Virus record (IMG/VR): IMGVR_UViG_3300032896_000005
Span: 1-58,872 of that record
Reading direction: 5' to 3' (one strand)
From: a virus
Lineage: Duplodnaviria; Caudoviricetes
DNA: 58,872 nt
Position numbers and translations under genes: made by a program. The notes below the pieces were generated by a model that was not told the DNA's origin, made no database searches, and worked only from the letters and a program-made list of their open reading frames with translations. This document shows, piece by piece, positions 52,224 to 58,872 of this stretch (position 1 is the stretch's first letter; each line of letters opens with the position of its first letter).

Positions 52224-54623
52224 GTAACGACGCCTTACGACCCGTACGCGAGTCCCACGTCCGCGTTGCCGTCCGCGACGCAGAATCAGATCCCCGGGCA
52301 GATCGTCGGGATCAACTCCTCCACGATCAACACCTCCGACATGAACATCGTGTCCGGGCAGGGGGCGGTTTACGGGTATTCGGGGCAGCCGGCGACGGGG
52401 AACCTTTACCTGGCGATCTCCGCGTCGGGGGGGGAGGACCAGTACGGGAACACGGTCTCGACCGGGCTGACGGCGTTGTCAGGGTCGGTGCAGGGGTTCA
52501 CGTTGGTCGGGTCGACGTTGGATGCGACGTCGACGTTGAACGGGACGCAGGTTCAGCAGGCGCAGATCCTCGCGCCGGGGATCAGCGGCGGCACTGCGGT
52601 GTCGATGACGTCGACGCTGACGAACACCGGCGGGCAGATCCTCGGGTACACGTCAGGGTCGTCGACGGCGACGTTCTCCACAGCGGGGACTTACTCGTGG
52701 ACGTGCCCGACTGGGATCACGTCGATTCAGGTGCAGTGCTGGGGGGCTGGCGCAGGCGGCGGCGGGGGTAACGAGACGTCGGGGGGGGAGTCCGGCGGCG
52801 GGGGGGAGTACGCGGCTGAGCCGTCGTTCGCGGTGACGCCGGGGAACGTTTACACGATCGTCGTCGGCGCTGCGGGCACCGGCGGCGCGACGGGGGTGCC
52901 GGGGACGAACGGCGGCGCGTCGAGTTTCTCCAACACGAACGGGCAGGGTCAGGGTGTCACCGCGAACGGGGGGGTCGCGGGGTTGTACGGCACTGCGGGG
53001 CAGGGGGGCAGCGGGTCGACTAACACGATTCATTTCGATGGCGGGAACGGCGTCGCGGTGACGGGGGATGAGGGGGGCTGCGGCGGCGGGGGGTCCGCGT
53101 CGCCTGCCGGTGAGGGGAACGCGGGGTTCGGGTCGACGGGTAACACGGGCGCTAACGGAGGCGCGGCGCTCGCCGGCGGGGGCGCTGGGGGCGCTGGGGG
53201 GAACACGTCGTCGAACGGGGTGTCGGGGACCGCGCCGGGCGGCGGCGGGGGTGGTGCGGGTAATGACGGGACGGAGACGTTCTCGGTTATCTACCAGACG
53301 AGCAGCACGTACTCGTATTACGGGAGCAACGCGAACGGGGACACCCCGAACGGGCTTGCTAATCATGATGGGCTTATGTATCAGGGGCAGCCTGGGACTA
53401 ACTCCGCGCAGGGGTATCAGTATTCGGTGTTCATCCTGCCGTATACGCAGATCCAGTCGGATTTGTCGGGGAAGTCGGTTTCGTCGGTGGCGTTGGGGGT
53501 GCGGGTCCTTCATGGTTATTATTCGACGTTGACTGTTCAGGTTTCGTATACGTCGCAGGGGTCTTTCGGGAACTCTCTTTCCTATCCTCCGCCGGGGTTC
53601 ACGTCGGTGACGACTTTCAACGCGAGTTCGATCCCGAATACGTATATCACGAATGTGGGGTTGGGGGGTGGTATCGGGGTTGCGTTGCAGAACGGGAACT
53701 GCAAGGCGATCGTTTTCGGGGATGGCGCTGTCAGCCCGTGGCAGGATTATTACGGGTATCTTGATTCGGGGGCGAACGGCGGGTATATCCCTCAGATTGA
53801 GGTGTATTACAGTGACGGGGGTGTCGCCTATGCGGGTAACGGCGCTGCGGGTCAGGTCACCCTGACTTATAATGCGGGGTCGTCTCCTGTGTACACGTTG
53901 TCGGTGTCGGCGGCGGCTAACACTGATTCGTACGGGAATCCTTATAATCCGGGTGTGACGAGCCCGCAGGTTACGGTGTCGGGGTCGCAGACGGCGTCGA
54001 CTACCCCGTCGACGGTGAGTAACACTCTGGCGACGTCGGCGGCGGTCGCGGCGAACAGCGCGGGGACGTTGATCGCGACGAACGCGCAGGGGTTCACTGG
54101 GCATATCCCGTTGGCGTTGTCGGATGTGACGTTGAACGCGCAGACGGGGACGGTCGCGTCGGCGTTGTCGAAGTCTTACACGATCCCGGCTAATGATCCT
54201 CAGTTGGGGACTATGTACCGGTTGACGGCGTGGGGGGATTTCCATTCTGCGACGTCGGGGAACGGGCAGCTGCGGTGGCAGGTGAATGTGGGGTCGACGA
54301 GCGTCGCGTCGATTACCCTCGCCGGCGCTGGGATGCTGTCCGCCACGTTCTATGAGTGGTTCGCGATTTCCGTTATCCAGTGGAACACGGTGGGGTCCGG
54401 CGGGAATGTGGTGTGCGGGCTGCAGGTGAACGCGAGCGAGTTCAACTCGCTGTTGTCGCAGGGTAATACTTACACAACATATGGCATGGCCGGAGGGTCG
54501 AGTCTTAACGCTGTGAGTTCTGCGGGTGCTAATACTTATCAGCTTTTGGGTGGGTGGAGTAACACGTCGTCGGGGCAGACGGTGCGCTGTTTCGGAAGCA
54601 CGCTCGAAAGAATCGGGCCTTAG
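52224..54623 (+). CDS. Glycine-rich tail fibre protein (first standard start TTG 52266)
   Basis: W.CP.G...I.V.CWGAG.GGG glycine-rich domain; frame open from 52212. Confidence 0.8.
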   Translation, partial: VTTPYDPYASPTSALPSATQNQIPGQIVGINSSTINTSDMNIVSGQGAVYGYSGQPATGNLYLAISASGGEDQYGNTVSTGLTALSGSVQGFTLVGSTLDATSTLNGTQVQQAQILAPGISGGTAVSMTSTLTNTGGQILGYTSGSSTATFSTAGTYSWTCPTGITSIQVQCWGAGAGGGGGNETSGGESGGGGEYAAEPSFAVTPGNVYTIVVGAAGTGGATGVPGTNGGASSFSNTNGQGQGVTANGGVAGLYGTAGQGGSGSTNTIHFDGGNGVAVTGDEGGCGGGGSASPAGEGNAGFGSTGNTGANGGAALAGGGAGGAGGNTSSNGVSGTAPGGGGGGAGNDGTETFSVIYQTSSTYSYYGSNANGDTPNGLANHDGLMYQGQPGTNSAQGYQYSVFILPYTQIQSDLSGKSVSSVALGVRVLHGYYSTLTVQVSYTSQGSFGNSLSYPPPGFTSVTTFNASSIPNTYITNVGLGGGIGVALQNGNCKAIVFGDGAVSPWQDYYGYLDSGANGGYIPQIEVYYSDGGVAYAGNGAAGQVTLTYNAGSSPVYTLSVSAAANTDSYGNPYNPGVTSPQVTVSGSQTASTTPSTVSNTLATSAAVAANSAGTLIATNAQGFTGHIPLALSDVTLNAQTGTVASALSKSYTIPANDPQLGTMYRLTAWGDFHSATSGNGQLRWQVNVGSTSVASITLAGAGMLSATFYEWFAISVIQWNTVGSGGNVVCGLQVNASEFNSLLSQGNTYTTYGMAGGSSLNAVSSAGANTYQLLGGWSNTSSGQTVRCFGSTLERIGP

Positions 54624-54639
54624 TTAAAGGAGAAAGATC

Positions 54640-54966
54640 ATGTCGACTATAGATGCTGTAATAGCACAGAATACAGCGAGCTATTCGGGGGATTTGCAGG
54701 TTTTGGTGACTTCACCCACGCAGACTGCCGGCACTTTCGCGCGTATCTCAATCTGGATGGACGGCGATTACAATGATGCTTATGGCGGAGGAACGTACCT
54801 TCTCGCAGGAGATGGATTGGACGGCAGCACTGTCGCCACTTTCAACTGGGGAAACGCCTATTGTTACGATTTGAGTCCGTCAACACAATACACGACCACT
54901 ATGTGGGGTGCTCCCGGGGCGGGTAACAATGTTACCGGCACTATTCTTGTAGAGCAATTTTCGTAG
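54640..54966 (+). CDS. Hypothetical protein with lower GC
   Basis: SD AAGGAG. Confidence 0.6.
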   Translation: MSTIDAVIAQNTASYSGDLQVLVTSPTQTAGTFARISIWMDGDYNDAYGGGTYLLAGDGLDGSTVATFNWGNAYCYDLSPSTQYTTTMWGAPGAGNNVTGTILVEQFS

Positions 54967-54978
54967 GGAGTTTTTATT

Positions 54979-55323
54979 ATGGCTGTTGGGCAGGCGTCTA
55001 ACTCAGGTCAGGTCGACATCAACCTTATCAACTATTCCGTCGCGCTGCGTGACCTGATGCAGAACATCGTCAACTTGTCCACGTGGATTAACGGGCAGGG
55101 GAACGGCCTCGCGTTCCTTGAGCAGCTCGGGTACTCCAGCGCGGCGGATGATGAGAACCCGGGGAGCGTCTCGGATGCGCAGATGGCGTTGAACTACATC
55201 GCGTATTTGAACACGGTCGCGGGATGCTATTACGGCACCGTGCAGCAGGGCGGCTCCGGCGGGACCGCCGCGACGTTCTTCAACTTCAACCAGGAACTTT
55301 CAGTTTTGTGGAATGGCCGTTAA
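54979..55323 (+). CDS. Hypothetical protein
   Basis: SD GGGAG. Confidence 0.65.
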   Translation: MAVGQASNSGQVDINLINYSVALRDLMQNIVNLSTWINGQGNGLAFLEQLGYSSAADDENPGSVSDAQMALNYIAYLNTVAGCYYGTVQQGGSGGTAATFFNFNQELSVLWNGR

Positions 55324-55359
55324 AACCTGATCCCTTCTAAGCCGGCGAGAGCGGGGAGT

Positions 55360-55617
55360 GTGCGTGATCTCAAGGAGAACACCTGGGAGAACATCAAATG
55401 GGTATCCCTCATCCTGTTCATCATCATCACGTTCGTGTTCATCATCTTCCTCACCCGATGGGATGTGAGTTCCTCCCAGCATGTGTGGTGCCAGGTGATC
55501 GACACCCTGAATAAAGCCCCAGCCCCGTCCGGGAACCCCGAGTCGAACCCGAGTCGCGCGTATGAGCAGGAACTCGCCCGGGAGTTCCTCGCGCTCAAGG
55601 GGCAGCTGGGATGCTAG
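55360..55617 (+). CDS. Single-TM membrane protein of the lysis region
   Basis: WVSLILFIIITFVFIIFL; ends QLGC. Confidence 0.65.
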   Translation: MRDLKENTWENIKWVSLILFIIITFVFIIFLTRWDVSSSQHVWCQVIDTLNKAPAPSGNPESNPSRAYEQELAREFLALKGQLGC

Positions 55618-55988
55618 AAACACTGATGTTCCATGTGTACCTGGCGCAGGCGTCCGCCCCGGGTGGGGGGTCCGGCGGTATCGTCACGATCGTGTACGTC
55701 CTGACCGGGATCAGTTTGATCATCGGGTTCGCGGTGGGGACTTATAAGTATATTCAGCGGCAGAAGCAGAAATGGACGGATGAGGGGATCACGCGGGAAC
55801 GTCAGGCGCAGGCGATGGCGGAGAACACCGCGCAGATGATGAGGAACACGGAGGCTATCGATAAGCTCACGTCGGAGTTCGGGAAGTTCGCGATGAGCGT
55901 CCGTGAGGAGATGAACGGCCTCGGCGCTCGGCTGGGGCGGCTGGAGAACTGGCGGCAGAAGCAAACCCCGGATCATTCAAGAGAGTAA
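55611..55988 (+). CDS. Single-TM coiled-coil membrane protein
   Basis: IVTIVYVLTGISLIIGFAVG followed by a heptad region. Confidence 0.65.
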   Translation: MLETLMFHVYLAQASAPGGGSGGIVTIVYVLTGISLIIGFAVGTYKYIQRQKQKWTDEGITRERQAQAMAENTAQMMRNTEAIDKLTSEFGKFAMSVREEMNGLGARLGRLENWRQKQTPDHSRE

Positions 55989-55997
55989 GGGAGTTGT

Positions 55998-56420
55998 GTG
56001 ACTGATGCGCATCAGCAGAAGGTAACCCACTCGTATATTTTGTATTACCCGGAGCATCCCGCCCGGGAAGACGACCCGCATTACCGTGACTTCGAAGAAT
56101 ACCGCAGGCGCACCAAAGATACGGCGAAATGCGCGGTGGGAGCGCATCGGGATGATTTCAGTGAATGCCACGGCGGGTTGGAGTTGCATCACGCGCATGT
56201 GGAGTTCAGCATGCAGAACGGGGTGGACCTGAAATGGCTGGAGAAAGACTACCCTGGGATCAGTGACCCTGATGAGGTGGGGGCGTGGGTGGAATCCGCT
56301 GTTAACCTCCAGTATCTGTGCGAATGGCATCATCGCGGTCAGGACGGGGTGCACGTCGCGACTCACAGTGATTTCGAGGCGTCCCGTTACGTGCGGGGCC
56401 TGATGAAGGGAAACCAGTGA
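55998..56420 (+). CDS. HNH-like His/Cys protein
   Basis: C...ELHH...NLQYLCEWHHRG..GVH. Confidence 0.6.
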   Translation: MTDAHQQKVTHSYILYYPEHPAREDDPHYRDFEEYRRRTKDTAKCAVGAHRDDFSECHGGLELHHAHVEFSMQNGVDLKWLEKDYPGISDPDEVGAWVESAVNLQYLCEWHHRGQDGVHVATHSDFEASRYVRGLMKGNQ

Positions 56421-56887
56421 AGCATCCTCATTTCGGTCACACCCTGACCGGGAAACCCGTCCATCTGCGCACCCATGATTTCCATCCGGCGGACACAGCC
56501 TACAGTAAATTCAATAAGCTGATCGCGTTGTGGATGTTTAAGAACGTGGGGACGATGACCGCGTTCTGGGTGACGTTGTTCCTGTGCCTCTGCGCTCTCC
56601 CGGCGGTGCTGTTCCAGATGCACATCATCGGCATCACGATAGTGTTCACCGGGTACGGGTTCTATCTGCTGCTGACGTGGGGTATCTCCACCACCTTCCA
56701 GGCGGTTATGCTCCCCGGCCTGATGGTGGGGCAGAATCTGCAGAATGAGGCGGCGGACGCCCGTGCGGAGAAGCAGTTCAATGACACTGAGGTGATTGTT
56801 GATAGACTGGATTTGAACACGCAAGGCGGCCTTCAGGTCATCGAGGATCATCTGAAGAAAATTGAGGCTCTCGTTAAAGGGGGTTAA
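56417..56887 (+). CDS. Two-TM membrane protein (DUF1003-like)
   Basis: VGTMTAFW...FQAVMLPGLMVGQN...DARA. Confidence 0.7.
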   Translation: MKHPHFGHTLTGKPVHLRTHDFHPADTAYSKFNKLIALWMFKNVGTMTAFWVTLFLCLCALPAVLFQMHIIGITIVFTGYGFYLLLTWGISTTFQAVMLPGLMVGQNLQNEAADARAEKQFNDTEVIVDRLDLNTQGGLQVIEDHLKKIEALVKGG

Positions 56888-56890
56888 TTG

Positions 56891-57049
56891 ATGCTGGCGA
56901 CGCGGACGGTTGAGGATATTGACAGGGATCTGGGTAATCTGCGGAACATCATCGCTGATTCGCTGCGCGGCGGCGACAAATGGAATGTTGCGTGGGAGCG
57001 TATCGATGAGCTGCTTGAGGAACGACAGAGAATCATCGGATTGAACTGA
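56891..57049 (+). CDS. Small hypothetical protein
   Basis: Hand translation MLATRTVEDID...IDELLEER. Confidence 0.5.
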   Translation: MLATRTVEDIDRDLGNLRNIIADSLRGGDKWNVAWERIDELLEERQRIIGLN

Positions 57050-57052
57050 GGC

Positions 57053-57937
57053 ATGATGAGCAACATCGTGATGTACGACAGTGTTTACAATGATCAGCTT
57101 CCCCCGGACGCGGAAGCGTACGCCGCCTATGCTGACGGGGGAGTCGGGGACCAGCCGAATTACAGTTGGGTGACGAAAACCTACCCGCACGCTGATGTCC
57201 TGTCAATCGCTGTTTTCCCCTCCGACGACGCGGACTGCCTTGACATCGAGCCGGGGGCGGCGGACCCGTCTGATGCGGAGGGCTGGTATCAGCGGCAGCT
57301 CACCCGGGGGGTGTACCGGCCGTGTTTCTACGCCAGCGCGTCGACGATGGAGTCAAGTCTGGTCCCGATCGTGCGGGCGATGGGGTTCCCGAGGGATCAG
57401 ATCCGCTTGTGGTCCGCGCATTACGGGGAGGGTCAGCATATCTGCGGGCCGGCGACGTGCAAGCTGACGTCAATCCCGATGGACGGCACCCAGTGGACGG
57501 ACGTCGCCTTGGGCCGGAGCGTGGACCAGTCGTTGCTCCTCCCTGATTTTTTCGCCCCCCGCCCGTCCCCGGACCCCCGTTACGGGCCTCCGCTGGGCCT
57601 GAGGGTGTTCGGGGGGCATACCACGGTGAAACTGTGGTGGGAGCCGCCTGCGCCCGTCTCAGGGCTCCCTGCGGCGTCGTGGTATCAGGTGTTCGTGTAT
57701 GAGGGGGACGTCGCTGAGGCAGCGACGCTGGTGAAATCCTATCCGAGGAAAGTCGGGAACGTCCTGGTGTACCAGGGGGGGTCGTTGACGCCGGGGAAAT
57801 TCTATATTGCGCATGTCATCGCCGGCGGCCCTAACGGGTCGAATCTGAAACCGTACACGTACGCGTCGGTTAACTTCGAGACGACCATCAAAGGCGCTGC
57901 GGGTGAACCATGGATACGACCTTCAAGGAGCGTGTGA
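57053..57937 (+). CDS. Endolysin: GH25/DUF1906-like glycoside hydrolase with FN3-like C-terminus
   Basis: MYDS, LDIE.G, P.FY.S, LWSAHY, TQWT...VD.S. Confidence 0.75.
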   Translation: MMSNIVMYDSVYNDQLPPDAEAYAAYADGGVGDQPNYSWVTKTYPHADVLSIAVFPSDDADCLDIEPGAADPSDAEGWYQRQLTRGVYRPCFYASASTMESSLVPIVRAMGFPRDQIRLWSAHYGEGQHICGPATCKLTSIPMDGTQWTDVALGRSVDQSLLLPDFFAPRPSPDPRYGPPLGLRVFGGHTTVKLWWEPPAPVSGLPAASWYQVFVYEGDVAEAATLVKSYPRKVGNVLVYQGGSLTPGKFYIAHVIAGGPNGSNLKPYTYASVNFETTIKGAAGEPWIRPSRSV

Positions 57938-58674
57938 CAGATTACAAGTTCGGATGTAACCCGGGGTATATCCCGGTCGGGTTGAAAGATCTCACCTGGT
58001 ATGTCGCGGGGGACCTCCCCCGCCCCCCCGTGTCCGTCGCGGTTCCCACGGTCCCTGCGGCTGCGGACGGCACCGCGTGGGGGATGGACGGGAATAACAC
58101 GTTCGGCGACTGCGGGGTGGCTGCGGTTAATCATGTGTTCATGGCGGCTGCGGCTGTCACGCAGGATGCCGGCAAGGAGGAATGGCCGTCTGATCAGGAT
58201 ATCGTTGATTATTACCTGACGTACACCGGCGGGCAGGACACGGGGGTGGTCCTCGCTGATTTCCTCGCCTACGTGAAGAAAACCGGGTTCTTCTCCCACA
58301 TTGTTCAGGGGTACGCGCCTGTCGCGGTGCATGACATCCCCACGTTGCAGTTCGTCGTGGACGCGTACACCGCCGCGTACACGGGGATTAAAGTCACCCA
58401 GGCGATGCAGGAGGCGTTTCAGGGTAAGCGCCCGTGGACGCTCCCTGATTTGTTCTCCCCCGTCGTCGGGGGGCATTGCATTCCGCTGGTCGGGTATGAT
58501 GATTCGTATTTGTACGCGGTCACCTGGGGGGCGGTGCAGCCGATCTCCTATGCGGCGTGGCATCACATCAGCGATGAGGCGTGGGCGGTCATCCCGGGGG
58601 AACTCGCCGGGGGTGACGGGCGGGGTGTCGATTTGACGGCTTTGCAGGCGGACCTTGCGAAGCTGAGCCGGTGA
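57910..58674 (+). CDS. Papain-like cysteine peptidase (putative second lysin)
   Basis: GN..FGDC, GGHCIPLVGYD, VTWG. Confidence 0.75.
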   Translation: MDTTFKERVTDYKFGCNPGYIPVGLKDLTWYVAGDLPRPPVSVAVPTVPAAADGTAWGMDGNNTFGDCGVAAVNHVFMAAAAVTQDAGKEEWPSDQDIVDYYLTYTGGQDTGVVLADFLAYVKKTGFFSHIVQGYAPVAVHDIPTLQFVVDAYTAAYTGIKVTQAMQEAFQGKRPWTLPDLFSPVVGGHCIPLVGYDDSYLYAVTWGAVQPISYAAWHHISDEAWAVIPGELAGGDGRGVDLTALQADLAKLSR

Positions 58675-58722
58675 ATGATAACGTCCGGAGTGTTTACCCT
58701 TTGGATGTTAGGAGCAAATTTT

Positions 58723-58872
58723 ATGTCCGGTATCATCGTTGAGATTAAAGATTACGAGCCCGGTCATCGTCGCATGGGCTCTTAGTGGGGGGCTGGCTGT
58801 TCTCCTCGGCGACGTGGTTCATATCAGCAGTGTGCAGGAGGCGGCGGTCACGACGATCCTCACCCGGCCTGG
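58723..58872 (+). CDS. Probable holin, partial, with a likely indel error near 58760
   Basis: MSGIIVEIKDYEP continues in the +1 frame as VIVAWALSGGLAVLLG. Confidence 0.5.

Noticed and set aside
22791-54245. Long antisense ORFs such as 24681-26498, 22791-24284, 41359-42648 and 52653-54245
   Set aside because: Shadow frames of GC-rich genes, R/H/P-rich with no motifs or promoter, unlike the HNH at 7297-8034.
58755-58872. Frameshift in the holin-like gene
   Set aside because: Single extra base in a short C/G run at the sequence end, with no TTA or matched codons; most likely a sequencing error.

Overview
About 59 kb of a high-GC tailed (siphovirus-like) actinobacterial phage or prophage. It covers the end of an accessory region and nearly the whole late operon: terminase, portal, protease/scaffold, capsid, head-tail, tail tube, chaperones, tape measure, tail tip/fibres and lysis. 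Main points: (1) TerL carries two inteins whose HNH endonucleases are separate overprinted genes, one antisense and intact, one in the -1 frame and decayed, each behind a leaderless promoter motif. (2) Two structural genes break frame at codon 26-27 at a rare TTA codon flanked by matched codons. This is a candidate ribosomal bypass, and each site lies next to an antisense homing endonuclease or a possible remnant of one. (3) Eight nucleotide-sugar/glycosylation genes, including an RGP/UDP-arabinopyranose-mutase-like protein and a GT17, are mostly interleaved with Ser/Thr-rich virion genes. (4) A ~400-nt densely base-paired non-coding region. (5) A portal-MuF-NUDIX-ParB fusion. All calls come from manual motif recognition, with no database searches. 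At least two probable indel errors (~4750 and ~58760) mean every frame anomaly needs read-level confirmation.
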